A DNA stretch of 61,789 bases, filler included, from Sanchytrium tribonematis (GCA_018985235.1; 9 parts of 9 records of this genome joined end to end with filler, not necessarily neighbours in it), one strand, 5' to 3'. Shown: positions 32,894 to 44,995, counted from the whole stretch's first letter. The notes: generated from the letters alone by a model not told the origin. A program made the numbers and translations.

Positions 32894-34498
32894 ATGCTTC
32901 AAATTAATACTTCGGCTACGTTTGCTTTTATAGGAGAAAGCCAATTAGCATGTGGAACTGTAGCGGGTGCATTGGACGAGAACTTTGACTCAACTAGTCA
33001 GTTAAAAATTTATTCGACCAAGGACAAGAGCGTGGCCCAAACTTGGCAGGTCAATTCTAAATTCAACTCTCTTTGCTATTCGCCCGTCAAAGGTGGTGTC
33101 ATCATAGGTGGACTAGAAAATGGTGAGGTTCAATTATTCGTACAAAACAAAGCTGAACCTGTATTTGCAAAACAAGCTGCAAGTGGATCTATTAAAGGTC
33201 TTGACACTAATCGTATTCAACCCAATTTATTTGCAACAGCTAGTCGCGGAGAAGATTTAAATATATGGGATGTTAATAATTTATCTACTCCATATTCACC
33301 TGGCAATAGAACACCAAAATTAAGTGGAAGAGAAATACTCAATTTGAAATGGAACAATAGTATTCCTCATATATTGGCTAGCAGTGCTGATAATGGATAT
33401 ACTGTCATTTGGGATCTGAAAAACAAACGAGAAGTCATTAGTTTGCAACTTCCAGGTGGTGTCAATCAAGGTGGTGTTATTGGAGAATGGCATCCCTCAA
33501 TTGCCACACAAATTATGACTGCCTCTAACAGAGATGATAATCCAATAATCATGAATTGGGATTTAAGAAATGCCCAGCAACCATTGTATACTGTCCAAGG
33601 ACATCAAAAAGGCATTTTGAGCATGTCTTGGAATGCTAAAGATCCTGACTTGCTAATTACAAGTGCTAAAGATCTAAGAACAATTATTTGGGATTTGAGC
33701 ACAAAAGAAGCAGTCGGTGAATTGGAACACTCATCAAAATGGGTCTTTCAAGTCCAGTGGCATCCATTAAAGCCATGGTTGTTTGGTACGGCAAATTATG
33801 ATGGAAAATTACAGGTGCAAAATTTAGATGGAGATGATGAGCATGTTGGATCCACTCCAAATATTAATGATTCTGATGACCCATTTCATAATCTAGCTGC
33901 AAATGAACCAGCAACAGCTTCAGGAATTGCACTTAGAAGAGCACCTCAATGGTTTAGAATCCCAGTTTGTGGGGCTTTTGGAAATAATAATCAATTTATT
34001 CACGTCGCCAGCAAATTTACAATTTACAACGAAATTCCTTTTGATTTTATCAAAGAAGCATCTGACGAAGCTTATATCAAACTTTGCAAAGAAAGAATCG
34101 ACAACCATTTCATTTGGTACGTGTTAGAATCTTTGGGTGAAAATGGCCGACAAATTTTGGTTAATGCTTTAAACAGTGGATTGGCTACACCTGATTTTGA
34201 TTACAAAGAATCAGATGTCCAGGATACACCACTTGAAGTACCAGCTGTGAAAGTTAGTAACAAAAATGGTACAAGTGATCTGACTTTGCAAAACTTTTTG
34301 CTTAGTGGGCAATTTCACAATGCCTGTAGACACGCAATTGATCAAAATGATTTTACCACAGCACTCACAATCGCGGGTTTGGGAAGTAACGATCTGTACA
34401 AGTCTGTTAGATTGCTCTACCTCCAATCTCTTGATTCTCAAGGTCTTAATAGCAATGAATTTTTGTTATATTGCATTAAAATAAGGTTGTAAATGTAG
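32894..34498 (+). CDS. SEC31: COPII coat protein SEC31, N-terminal part (3' partial)
   Basis: GTVAGALDENF, WD40 repeats, IWDLKNKREV, RAPQWFRIPV. The stop at 34492 probably lies in an intron (gtaaatgtag...) cut by the spacer. Confidence 0.92.
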
Positions 34499-34598
34499 NN
34501 NNNNNNNNNNNNNNNNNNNNNNNNNNNNNNNNNNNNNNNNNNTTAATTAATTAANNNNNNNNNNNNNNNNNNNNNNNNNNNNNNNNNNNNNNNNNNNN
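34499..34598. other. Artificial contig spacer
   Basis: N44-TTAATTAATTAA-N44. Confidence 0.98.
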
Positions 34599-34599
34599 A

Positions 34600-35116
34600 G
34601 AATGTTTACTAACATTAAGATACTTTCTCAATGGTAAACCTGTTAAAGATATTATTTCCATTCATTTGAATGACGAATTTTTTGATAGGCGTGTTGTATA
34701 TCGTCTTTATAGTGAAATAAGAAATCATATTGAACACTTCACACAACTAGCCTTTAAATCATTTGGTGGACCTGGATGTGTAGTAGAAATTGTTGGTGAA
34801 ATGATGCTCCGCAAACGCAAATACAACCTATTTAAAAGCCATTATTGTGGAATTTATCCCTGGTCCTATTAATAACACACCTGCTACTGGTGAACGGTTT
34901 GATTTGTTTGAACATTATGAGCTTATAATGAGCCTGGTAAGACAGGGAATATGTTTCAGGGGATCCGGATTTGTTGTAAATGACAACAATGCTACTATTG
35001 TAGAAGGTGCCACACCTTCAGATGACTTGCTAAATGAGATAGAAGATGCTTTGATAGAACGGGATGAGAGTATTGAAGATTCAGAGACAGATACAGCATC
35101 ATTAATCAGAATATAA
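34600..35116 (+). mobile_element. Degenerate Merlin/IS1595 (ISXO2-like) DDE transposase relic
   Basis: FGGPGCVVEIVGEMMLRKRKYN matches the Merlin/ISXO2 motif GGPG.IVEIDE....RKYN with the catalytic Asp lost. The rest of the DDE domain is missing and the frame breaks near 34850-34870. Confidence 0.75.
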
Positions 35117-36123
35117 CGATCAATAAACTGCCATTTTTAATTATTTATTCAAACCTTTTACATTAAACCAATGTATTAATAATATATACAAACCGATATT
35201 TAATTCCACAAGCGATTGACAAAGATATAATGGAAATGTTTTTGAAAGGGATTAACCCTCATATCTCCACAAATAATGATGATATTTCTTATTTATTAAG
35301 ATCAATCTTCATGATTTTAATGGGTTTATAACATATCAAAAATGTACTTTTGTAGGTATCGTATTATAGAACGTGCAAAATGGAAATATTCTAAATTGTG
35401 AATCAATAACAGAACTACACATCTCTTGACAGAATAATACCAAACTCAATTTACTAAAATTATTTGATTTATTAATAATAAATATGATTAAATAGACCTT
35501 TTTGAGTACTATACAATGGTGATATGGGCTATTGTACATGGTAAATAATTTTGTTTCTTTCAACGCGATAAATCATCATAGCAATGAAATGCTACGGGTT
35601 GTAAAATGAAATAAATAGACATGATTTATTACCCTTCTCACGTGTATTCATATTTTTTTTTTAATTTGGTTCAGCTTCAAATTGGGGTACCATCTTATAT
35701 AGTTAAGCAATTTAAAATCTTTCTGCATAATTGAGTATGCCTTGTTTCCTTTGTCGTGTTTGGTATTTACCAATATCGCTCGTAAATCTCTCCAATTCGG
35801 CTTCCATTTTGGCTCTTATTCCATTCAATTGTCCTTCAAAATATGACTGCGTTACACAATGTTTGAATAAAGTTGGGTAAGTATGGATTTTGGTATTGGC
35901 TAAGCTAATGATTTTGAACAAATAAATGATTTGAATATTTTTTGCGCTGCTTGAGGCGATTATAAATTTTGATAGTTTCGAAAATTAAAATATCAAATGT
36001 CAAGTAGACCCTAATTTAAAAAATAATATAGTAACGCAAATTCAATCATGAGACCTAGCTCTCCGAGATTAAAAATTGAAATATAATTTGCTTTGCGTAC
36101 CGTAAAAGGGAACGCTCAATTCA

Positions 36124-36670
36124 TCTAAGATATTTTTCGATAGGACTTTCTTGACTTGATTTCTTTTATAATCTGGGTTCCTTGTGGGCTTACTTCAGCA
36201 AAACTTCGGTGATCCCACACTTACTGGCAACAGCATTGGCGGTTATCGAATTATCTCCAGTGCACATTATTACCTCAATCCTCATCATCTCTAGTCCTTC
36301 AACAGTTTCCTTCGCAAATGGCTTTAGTTCGTCACCAACGCTCACGCATCCAGCTAGCTTATTATTTAGCTCAACAAATATGACAGTATGGCCCAACATA
36401 GACTCATCTTCGAAAAAACTTTGCAATAAGCTGTCATCAATTCCCAACTTTTTCATTAATTTTGCATTACCAACTAAAACCTCAAAATGTTCACCGTGAT
36501 GATCAGAAAAAGCTGCATCTGCTTTTTTAGATTTTGTAGGGGAATTCAGAGGACATCTTGTCGTTTTGTATATGGTGGGCATGACAAAGGATCGCTCTAT
36601 GTGTCTAACGCAATCATAATCTATAAATTGAACTTATGCATCACAGCTACCAACAATTGCAGAGAACAAG
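36124..36670 (-). pseudogene. P1B (Cu-transporting, CCC2/ATP7-like) ATPase fragment
   Basis: VLVGNAKLM, GHTVIFV, GDELKPFAKETV, MCTGDNSITANAVA. A 1-nt deletion breaks GITEV-FAEVSPQG, and there are stops up- and downstream. Confidence 0.8.
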
Positions 36671-36720
36671 TAGAATACTAAAGCTCTAATTCGAAAGAGA
36701 CTTGGAGAGTTTGAAACAAA

Positions 36721-37764
36721 ATGAGTTTCAACTGTATTACCATTAAATTTAAAGCGTCTCTCGAAAAAGAGTATATATCTAGATTTATTATTGAAAATAT
36801 CTGCATAAAGTGTAATAGCCTTGTTCGAGAGGATTTTTTTCTAAAAATGGATCATATGTTTTGTTGTTTATCTGAAGAGGAACTAAAAATTTTTAAAATT
36901 GAATTATTGAGCTTCTCCACCAGGTTTGTTTCTAACAAATATATAAGATATGGCGATATGCAGCAAATAAGACCGGTTTTAAATATGACTTTGAAGCCTG
37001 TATCGGTTAGTGAATCTGTTGAGCGACCAATTACTCCTGAGTTCAAATATAATTTAGTTGAAGAAATTATGGGAATACACAACACTGATGCTGTAGATGA
37101 CAATAAATTGACTGCTAGTGTAACCAATGACATGAAAGAAAAGGAAATTATGGATCAAGTTTCTAGAATAGATGTAAAGGATGGAAAGGACAGGCTCAAA
37201 CAGATTGATGAATTTATTTCGAGAGAAAAAGCCAAATTATCAATGCTTGTAGATAAATTTGATCCTGAAGTTAGAGAATTAGTGAAGGAGGTTTGTCGTA
37301 ATATGTTGAGTGACGATTTAGTTTCTAATCCATTGCCGGATGACAAACAGTCAAATTCACTTGGCCATCCCTATATCCCATCCAAGGTCATATCAAATAG
37401 CTTTGTGAAACCTTCGGCTATTGCTGGATTAAGGCACTCTTCCAGCTTCCCTGGGCAAGGATCAAGAACCTTTCTTTCGACGAGTATTAATTCAAATTCC
37501 AGATCAAAATTGATATCTACAAGATCTCCTTCTTCCATTGGGAAAAAGTCGTCTTTGGACTCTCTTTCACAAACTGGAATGATACAAAATAGCCGCAACT
37601 CGATTTATCAGTCTGTTTTGAGAGAAAGCTCGAACTTACCAACATTGGGTGCTAAAAGGAAACAATTTGAACTTACTGAGTCATCAAAATATCCAAAGCT
37701 TGATACTCATAAAGAGAAGACAATTTTTATTTCAAACGAATTAAAAGAAGAAAATATTGATTGA
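36721..37764 (+). CDS. Hypothetical protein with Ser-rich C-terminus
   Basis: 347-aa ORF with ATG; no family recognised. Confidence 0.7.
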   Translation: MSFNCITIKFKASLEKEYISRFIIENICIKCNSLVREDFFLKMDHMFCCLSEEELKIFKIELLSFSTRFVSNKYIRYGDMQQIRPVLNMTLKPVSVSESVERPITPEFKYNLVEEIMGIHNTDAVDDNKLTASVTNDMKEKEIMDQVSRIDVKDGKDRLKQIDEFISREKAKLSMLVDKFDPEVRELVKEVCRNMLSDDLVSNPLPDDKQSNSLGHPYIPSKVISNSFVKPSAIAGLRHSSSFPGQGSRTFLSTSINSNSRSKLISTRSPSSIGKKSSLDSLSQTGMIQNSRNSIYQSVLRESSNLPTLGAKRKQFELTESSKYPKLDTHKEKTIFISNELKEENID

Positions 37765-37773
37765 TGTAATTTT

Positions 37774-38238
37774 TTAAAAATCAATATAATGAGTATTAGA
37801 TAGAATCAGCTTGTCGCCATCGCACAGATCAAACACTTCAAAGCCATTAATAGTGATGTTATCTCCAATTGCTGGATGACTTTCATTGTTTAATTTTCGT
37901 CTCTTTTCTGCGTCAAAAAGTTGCTCTCTTCTGTAAATCAAAACAACATGCTCACCCAGTAAAATATAGCCTTTGTCGATCATTTCGATATTAGTCACAT
38001 TCATTTTCAAAACCTTGTTGCTGCGCATAATACGGTAATCAACGTCTCTAAAAAGTTTATTTGCTTGACTTTCTGTCTCCACTTCTTCTACTTCTGCATC
38101 ATTAATATGCCTTTTTTTACTTAAATCTTTATTCTCGATTGTCTTTGGATTGGACGACTTAAATTTGTTGAGTAATTTTGTTCGATTCATAATGTGACAA
38201 AATGGGGACAAAAGTTTTATTACTTTATCAATATTCAA
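37774..38238 (-). CDS. Hypothetical protein
   Basis: 154-aa ORF whose start overlaps the DIM1 stop by 11 nt. Confidence 0.6.
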   Translation of the reverse strand: MNIDKVIKLLSPFCHIMNRTKLLNKFKSSNPKTIENKDLSKKRHINDAEVEEVETESQANKLFRDVDYRIMRSNKVLKMNVTNIEMIDKGYILLGEHVVLIYRREQLFDAEKRRKLNNESHPAIGDNITINGFEVFDLCDGDKLILSNTHYIDF

Positions 38239-38656
38239 ATTTTGTTGAGTAATCTTTATTTGAAATTATCAAGCCTTTCCCTTTTCTGGCACCTCGATAA
38301 CATAATTCCACCAAATCAATCAACTCCTGCTTGTCATTTATTACAAAATTAATCTTATTATTATTACCAGTTCCCAAATCAATTTTAATGTGTTGATTTC
38401 GAAAAAATAGAATTAGGCAAAAAGGATCTACTAATTCATACATTTCGTTAAAATCGGAGACTTCTCTTATATCAACTAAATAAATTACTGCAAAAAGCCT
38501 AATTCGCTCGGATATTGAATTTAAAATATCATCCATTATTAAGCAATTTTGATGTTCGTTATATCCAAATCGTAGTACCACGACTCGGTCGTCTTCGGAC
38601 AATATGGCCTGATCGACCTGCCAGGCATTCGTGAGTTGATGCAGCATAAATGACAT
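38228..38656 (-). CDS. DIB1: U5 snRNP thioredoxin-like protein DIM1/DIB1 (TXNL4A)
   Basis: MSFML.L..AWQVDQAILSEDDRVVVLRFG, DFNEMYEL, IDLGTGNNNKIN, YRGARKGKGL. Confidence 0.96.
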   Translation of the reverse strand: MSFMLHQLTNAWQVDQAILSEDDRVVVLRFGYNEHQNCLIMDDILNSISERIRLFAVIYLVDIREVSDFNEMYELVDPFCLILFFRNQHIKIDLGTGNNNKINFVINDKQELIDLVELCYRGARKGKGLIISNKDYSTKFEY

Positions 38657-38681
38657 GGCCAAATAGGAGAATTGTTTTAAA

Positions 38682-40541
38682 TTAACATGACAAAATTTTA
38701 CTCGATGCTTCGTTGCATAAATGAATCAAATTACGGCTTGTTACTTGACCATAATTAACAATAAATGCTGCTGCTGCTGCATCCCCAGCGCCCACCACAG
38801 ATGTCTTAACAGACTTTCTCAATGATTTAACATAAATCCCTTTAAAGCAGTTTTCTGAAAATTCCACACCCCATGAAAATGACTCGAACGATCGCTTGGA
38901 ATCGCATTTTTCGATTAAACACATTCCATGCGAGCCGAATTTGGCCAAGACCAGTGGTACATGAGCAGATAACGCAATAGCTTTTGCAATATATTCGTCT
39001 AAAAATTCTGAACCACATGTTTGCTGCGGAAAGACTGCTTTCAAATCAAGGCTTGTGATCAGACAATCCAATTCCAGCAAATTGGGGAAAATGATATCCA
39101 AATTTCGAGAAATTATAGAAGGTATAATCTTGGTGCATTTTTCGATAGAGATGGGTTCGAAAGCGGTGACTATATTATTTCTTTTACAAATTGAAAGGCT
39201 TTCATTTAAATCTTTCTTATTAATATTTGCATCAAATAGGGCCAATCGACAATTTAAATTCAAATATTTCGACATTTTGTCGGTACTTAATCTACTCATG
39301 ATATCCGTATTTGAATAGCAATGTTTAACGTCTCTCTTTTCATTCAGTATAGCAAAATACCTACCGGATAAAAGATTTTCTTTGTAAATGTGAGCATTAA
39401 GAGTTTTTTCCAATTTTTTTTGTAACTCTAGTCCACTCGTATCATTTCCTACCACAGAACAAAAATGAATTCTACCATCAGAGTTGTTAGTGTTTTTAAA
39501 AATATTATAACCGACGCCTCCAATTGATGTGCTAATTTTCGATGGTTGAGAAGAGGGTTTTCCATTGTCATTTAGATTTAAAGGCTCTATAATTGTATCT
39601 AGATTGATGCCTCCAAATATGAATATACTCTTATTTGCTTTATCAAGCTCTTTTGCGAGATTTTTTGCTAAAATCGAACCGGTTCTTACATTATTGTAAT
39701 ACAACTGTATGTTTGTTTTCAAGGATAATCCTTTAGTCATTTCGTTCAGTTTCGATAATAAAAATGGTGTTAAATCCTTGCCTTTAATGTCCTCAATTTC
39801 AGCTAGTCGCAAAGATTCATCAATGACATTTTCTATATATTGGTCATTCAATTTGTGTTCCTCCGGAATTGGATTTGAAAAAAATATTCCATTCATTTTA
39901 GCATCTAAATGGGTCTTTAAAATTTTGGCACAATTTGATATATCAGGTTCGTTATATGGGGCGAGATGACCAGACTTATTGTGATAAAAAGCGGGAAATT
40001 CCTTATTATGAGATATATTAATTACAGGAACACCGAGAGATTCTAAATATTCTAGGCTCTTGGGTATATCCAAAATAGACTTTACTCCTGAGGCTACAAC
40101 CGCAACCCTCGATCGACTAAATTCAAATAAATCTGCAGAGAGATCAAAGGTTTCATTATAGTTTCTATGCACTCCGCCAATACCTCCAGTAGAAAAGACT
40201 TTAATCCCCGCTTGGTGCGCAGCATACATTGTCGCACTTACAGTTGTCCCACCATTTTTTAATTTCGCAGAGCAATATGAAATATCTCTTCTTGATAATT
40301 TTACACATGGCTCTGTTGCAAGCCTTTTGATTTCATTTGAAGACAGTCCTACTTTCAATGAACCGTCTAACATTCCGACTGTTGCAGGTACCACATTTAA
40401 AGATTTGCAAATGGCTTCTGCCTTCAATGCAGTTTCAAAATTTTGGGGGAATGGCATTCCATGAGATATTATTGTTGATTCTAAAGCAACAACTGGTAGA
40501 CCTTTTGAAATAGCAGATTTCACAGCAGCACTTATTTGCAT
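38682..40541 (-). CDS. Pseudouridine-5'-phosphate glycosidase / PfkB pseudouridine kinase fusion
   Basis: VVALESTIISHGMP, TGGIGGVHR, GVKSILDI, GKDLTPFLL; PfkB motifs GGVGYN and VVGAGD. Confidence 0.93.
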   Translation of the reverse strand: MQISAAVKSAISKGLPVVALESTIISHGMPFPQNFETALKAEAICKSLNVVPATVGMLDGSLKVGLSSNEIKRLATEPCVKLSRRDISYCSAKLKNGGTTVSATMYAAHQAGIKVFSTGGIGGVHRNYNETFDLSADLFEFSRSRVAVVASGVKSILDIPKSLEYLESLGVPVINISHNKEFPAFYHNKSGHLAPYNEPDISNCAKILKTHLDAKMNGIFFSNPIPEEHKLNDQYIENVIDESLRLAEIEDIKGKDLTPFLLSKLNEMTKGLSLKTNIQLYYNNVRTGSILAKNLAKELDKANKSIFIFGGINLDTIIEPLNLNDNGKPSSQPSKISTSIGGVGYNIFKNTNNSDGRIHFCSVVGNDTSGLELQKKLEKTLNAHIYKENLLSGRYFAILNEKRDVKHCYSNTDIMSRLSTDKMSKYLNLNCRLALFDANINKKDLNESLSICKRNNIVTAFEPISIEKCTKIIPSIISRNLDIIFPNLLELDCLITSLDLKAVFPQQTCGSEFLDEYIAKAIALSAHVPLVLAKFGSHGMCLIEKCDSKRSFESFSWGVEFSENCFKGIYVKSLRKSVKTSVVGAGDAAAAAFIVNYGQVTSRNLIHLCNEASSKILSC

Positions 40542-40568
40542 CTCCTGCGTTACGTGTAAGAGATATTT

Positions 40569-41350
40569 TTAATAATTTATTTCAAGCCAATCGATAAACT
40601 CTTTCTCTTCAAATCCATAATGTTGTAGAACTTTCAAAAAAACAGAGTTTGGCAGAAAGCTAGACCTTTTAATTTCAGGATTTGTAGAAGTACATTGGGG
40701 GTATTTGACTTTCAAAGCTACAATAACATCCAAAACGGGTATTCCAATATTTGAAATCATCATAGACATATAATCGAGGTCATAAAATGCTTGCTCTGAA
40801 TCTTCTTTTGCATAAATTCTCCAAATCAAAAATTGAAACAACATAACTACTGTTCTGGTTGTTTGAATTGTGTGATCTTCACAAATTGATGTTGTTTCTA
40901 AACAGTTCATATAAGATTCTGAATCAGGAGACATGATCCCAGTCAAATGCTCTGACTGATCGATAAAATCAGGTAATAAAAGCATTTTTTCACAAGCAGT
41001 AGACATGCTAATTTTAATCGACGAATACAATGGGTGTAACAGCATGATATAACCCAAAACTATTACAGGCTTTGAATCTATGTCAAAATTAAACATTAAG
41101 TCTTCTATAATTAATTCGTTTGATATAATTGAGTGTATATTCATGACAATTTTTATATCGGTTATGACGTCCTTGTCATTAATAATACTCGAATTATCGA
41201 ATTTGTACTTTTCGTAATAGGCATCAATATCATTTACAAATTTAGAGGTTAGCCTTTGAATACAAGAGTTCAGCACTTTTGAGATTTTGTCGATGTCAAT
41301 GCCGAGATCCATAGATCTTTTATAAATACCATGAAGTGAACTTAAACTGT
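40569..41350 (-). CDS. Hypothetical protein (5' partial), C-terminus reminiscent of Lines/LINS
   Basis: Frame open to the contig edge. PNSVFLKVLQHYGFEEKEFIDWL resembles the Lines C-terminal P..F..F....FD...LDFL motif. Confidence 0.45.
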
Positions 41351-41450
41351 NNNNNNNNNNNNNNNNNNNNNNNNNNNNNNNNNNNNNNNNNNNNTTAATT
41401 AATTAANNNNNNNNNNNNNNNNNNNNNNNNNNNNNNNNNNNNNNNNNNNN
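41351..41450. other. Artificial contig spacer
   Basis: N44-TTAATTAATTAA-N44. Confidence 0.98.
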
Positions 41451-41710
41451 TGCGGGCATTTGTGGCAGATGAATATTGGTGTTTTTGTCAAACATAAATC
41501 TTCTAAACAAGGAGCCTTTTAAATCAATTCAAATCAAAAAGAGATTTATTAACATACTGATGCTGATGAATGTGTATTCGATCTCAGGTTTGACTTGACT
41601 TTTTTATATTTTATAAATTATTATTTCTTTCTTCACGGTTTTATTTATTTTTGTTTTAAATGTATTTGCAAGTAGAATTTGTCTGCAGAATAATGATTTT
41701 AGTAAATCAT

Positions 41711-44317
41711 TTATTTTCTTATATGAAAGGCTAAATCTTCTTCAAAAAAGACAGTGTCATCATTCATCATTTCATATTCCTGTTCTTTAGCTTCGATTGT
41801 TACTGTAGAACGATCTGTCAATTTGCCACTGATAATTAATTTGGATAAAAGAGTTGTGATTGTCTTTTCAAGAAATCTCTTAACGGGTCTGGCACCATAT
41901 TCCGAGTCATAGGATTTTTGCAATATCACATCGATTGCTGCGTCTGTCGCTAATACTTTAATTTTTCTGTCCTCCATTCTTATCATTAATAAATCCAGCT
42001 GATTTGTGATAATACTTTTCAAGGTATCTCTGTTGAGTTTGCTGAAGACGATGATATCGTCCAGTCGATTTAAAAACTCTGGTCTAAAGTTGTTTTTAAT
42101 ATCTCTTAAAACTAAATTTTTAACTTCGGCAGTCAATTCACCCTGCAAATGTTGATAGCCAACATTTGTTGTTAAAATTACGACGCACTCGGTAAAACTG
42201 ACAGTTCTTCCATGGCTATCGGTTAGCCTTCCGTCATCAAGAATTTGGAGAAGAATATTCAAGACTTGAGGATGTGCTTTTTCAACCTCATCAAACAGTA
42301 CGACATTGTATGGTCTTCTTCTCACCTTTTCACAAAGAAAATTAGCATCATCATATCCGACATAACCCTGTGGAGCGCCAATTAATTTGCTTACTGAATG
42401 AGATTCCATAAATTCGCTCATATCAATTCTGACCATATGCTTGTCATCATTAAATAATTCCCCTGCAATCGCTTTAGCCAACTCTGTTTTACCAACACCT
42501 GTACTTCCGGCAAACAGAAAACTACCAGTTGGCATATTTGGTCTAGACAATCCAGCACGGCTCCTAAGAATTGCTTCAGAAACGCTTTTAATAGCTTCAT
42601 CCTGTCCAATAACCCTCTTTTTCAGAACCGACTCAAGGTTAACCAATCTTTCGACATCAGATTTGCTAAGTTTCTCAACTGGAATTCCAGTCCATTTGGC
42701 GACTACTTGGGTAATTTGTTGCTCACTTACAGTTTCTGTCAGATATCCGCTATTGGCGGATCTAGCTTTCTGTTCCGTTTCCATTTGTCTTAAACGTTGC
42801 TCAATCTCAGGAATGGCGTAATATTTAAGATCAGCTGCTTTTGATATGTCGCCTTGTCTCTCAGCAAGCATTGCCTTTGTTTTAAGCTCCTCGATTCTTT
42901 GCTGAAGCTGTCTTAACTCATCCACTCGTCCTTTTTCTGACGAATATTTCATTTTTAGAGGCTTGATCTCATCCTGCAATTTTGCAATTTCTTGATTCAC
43001 AGTTGCCAATCGTTCTTGAGAACGTTGGTCTTGCTCTTGTTTCAAAGCTGTCGCTTCTATCTGTAGTTGGAGAATGCGTCTCTCTAGACTGTCAATCTCG
43101 ACAGGCTGAGAATCCAATTGAACCCGTGTACTTGCACACGCCTCATCAAGTAAATCAATAGCTTTATCAGGTAGAAATCTTTCACTGATATATCTTGATG
43201 ATAAGATCACGGATTGAATGATGGCAGAGTCAAGAATCCGTACTCCATGATGGGATTCATACTTTTCTTTTAGACCTCTTAAGATTGAGATAGCCTCTTC
43301 TTTTGAAGGTTCGTCGACGTAAACCTGCTGGAACCGTCGTTCCAGGGCAGTATCCTTTTCAATATATTTGCGATATTCTTCTAGAGTTGTTGCACCAATA
43401 CATCGCAACTCACCTCTGGCTAGCATAGGCTTTAAAAGATTTGCAGCATCCATCGCACCATCTGTTTTCCCTGCACCTACCAATTGATGCATTTCGTCAA
43501 TAAAAAGTATAACCTTTCCCTGTTTTTCTTTGAGTTCCTTCAAAACAGCTTTTATGCGTTCTTCAAACTCACCCCGATATTTTGCACCAGCCACGAGTGC
43601 CCCAAGATCTAAACTGAATACCCTGCAATTCAAAGTGCTTGGAACATCATTATTGGCGATTCTCATACACAATCCTTCAACTATTGCAGTTTTACCTGTA
43701 CCTGGTGGACCAATCAAAACAGCATTGTTTTTGGATTTTCGGCAAAGAATTTCAATAATTCTATTAATTTCATTTAATCTTCCAATAACCGGATCAAGTT
43801 TTCCTTGTTCAGCCAATGCTGTCATATCAATTGCATATTTCTTAAGCGCTTCGTAGTTTTCGTCATCAGATTTTGAATCAACTCGCTTATTACCTCTTAT
43901 TTGTTCCAAGGTTTTGCTCACCATTTGCCTACTTGTCTCGCTCTCTTTCAGAATATTGTTCATATCCTCCAAGTCAAATAATCCAATAATTAGATGATCT
44001 ACGGCAATGTAAGTGTCATGTTGTTTCTTTCTCAATTCATCAGCTTTGGTGATGGCTCTCAAACTCAAAGGATGCAATTCAACTTTGTCGATTGGGTGTT
44101 GTTGAGGTTGTTTCTGCACTTCGGCCTTAATTCTTTTCTCAAAAGTTAACAAGTTTGCATTTGATCGTGAAAGTGTAGACTTTAAAAATTGAGACTCATC
44201 TTCAAAAAGAGTCAGTAAAATATGAGATGGATGCACATATTGGTTATTAAACCTTTGTGCTAATTGTATTGCATCAGATATAATGTTTTGCGCTTTATCA
44301 GTAAAATCCATAGACAT
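41711..44317 (-). CDS. HSP104: Cytosolic ClpB/Hsp104 disaggregase
   Basis: N-domain, two AAA+ Walker A motifs ([16 protein letters not shown]), coiled-coil M domain, GARP motif. Confidence 0.96.
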   Translation of the reverse strand: MSMDFTDKAQNIISDAIQLAQRFNNQYVHPSHILLTLFEDESQFLKSTLSRSNANLLTFEKRIKAEVQKQPQQHPIDKVELHPLSLRAITKADELRKKQHDTYIAVDHLIIGLFDLEDMNNILKESETSRQMVSKTLEQIRGNKRVDSKSDDENYEALKKYAIDMTALAEQGKLDPVIGRLNEINRIIEILCRKSKNNAVLIGPPGTGKTAIVEGLCMRIANNDVPSTLNCRVFSLDLGALVAGAKYRGEFEERIKAVLKELKEKQGKVILFIDEMHQLVGAGKTDGAMDAANLLKPMLARGELRCIGATTLEEYRKYIEKDTALERRFQQVYVDEPSKEEAISILRGLKEKYESHHGVRILDSAIIQSVILSSRYISERFLPDKAIDLLDEACASTRVQLDSQPVEIDSLERRILQLQIEATALKQEQDQRSQERLATVNQEIAKLQDEIKPLKMKYSSEKGRVDELRQLQQRIEELKTKAMLAERQGDISKAADLKYYAIPEIEQRLRQMETEQKARSANSGYLTETVSEQQITQVVAKWTGIPVEKLSKSDVERLVNLESVLKKRVIGQDEAIKSVSEAILRSRAGLSRPNMPTGSFLFAGSTGVGKTELAKAIAGELFNDDKHMVRIDMSEFMESHSVSKLIGAPQGYVGYDDANFLCEKVRRRPYNVVLFDEVEKAHPQVLNILLQILDDGRLTDSHGRTVSFTECVVILTTNVGYQHLQGELTAEVKNLVLRDIKNNFRPEFLNRLDDIIVFSKLNRDTLKSIITNQLDLLMIRMEDRKIKVLATDAAIDVILQKSYDSEYGARPVKRFLEKTITTLLSKLIISGKLTDRSTVTIEAKEQEYEMMNDDTVFFEEDLAFHIRK

Positions 44318-44337
44318 AATAATTGTGGTAAGGCTAC

Positions 44338-44387
44338 TTATATAAACACAGGAGAAATTTCAGGGAGGTTCTCGAACTCTCTCCAAT
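44338..44387 (-). promoter_or_regulatory. HSP104 promoter: TATA, heat-shock element array and CCAAT
   Basis: TATA-like 44338-44346. Alternating pentamers aGAAa-tTTCa-gGGAg-gTTCt-cGAAc at 44353-44377; ccaat at 44383-44387. Confidence 0.8.
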
Positions 44388-44512
44388 CAACTTATCGGAA
44401 CTAACTAAAGATAGACCATCGGACAAGACTTGCTAGCGATGATTTAAAAATAAATAAAAATTACATATCAGCGATAGCCCTTGATTAAAATTATAATTTA
44501 AGTCTCCTTTGT

Positions 44513-44995
44513 ATGAACAAGCAAAAACGAAATTTCAAATATCTAAGTTTTGCATTGATACCAATTTTAGCCTATTATGCGACATATTCATGGGAAGTAG
44601 TTTATAAATTATCTATATTGCTAGGAACTCCCATATTATTATACGCGATTTGGATTTATTTTAGTCATTCAGATCATCCAATTTATTTGCTTGGAGATAA
44701 ATCCATTAAGAATTCTGTTTTAGAAGGATGTGTATACGAGGACAGATTTAAAGATGACCAAGGCAATACAATTTACGATCTAATGTTTTGTCAATTAATT
44801 GATGTCGAACAAGATTTGGAATATATGGATAAGGCTTCAAGTTATTATTTTTACCACAATATTAAACCACCAAGTAAATTCAATGGTACAATTGTTGTTT
44901 CTGAGATCAAATTGTTCAGGCATGAGTTTCCGAATTCGTCTCTTTGTACTCAAAAAGATTTCTGGGCCAATCTTAAAAAACTAGGAAAATTTTAA
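44513..44995 (+). CDS. Hypothetical membrane protein (2 N-terminal TM segments)
   Basis: 160-aa ORF, hydrophobic at residues 10-50. Confidence 0.65.
   Translation: MNKQKRNFKYLSFALIPILAYYATYSWEVVYKLSILLGTPILLYAIWIYFSHSDHPIYLLGDKSIKNSVLEGCVYEDRFKDDQGNTIYDLMFCQLIDVEQDLEYMDKASSYYFYHNIKPPSKFNGTIVVSEIKLFRHEFPNSSLCTQKDFWANLKKLGKF

Noticed and set aside
34489..34498. Possible further intron (gtaaatgtag...) at the SEC31 stop
   Set aside because: Cut by the spacer after 10 nt; length and acceptor cannot be seen, so it is not counted.
35336..35921. Two short minus-strand ORFs in the decay island
   Set aside because: TTG starts and no recognisable homology; cannot be supported as genes.
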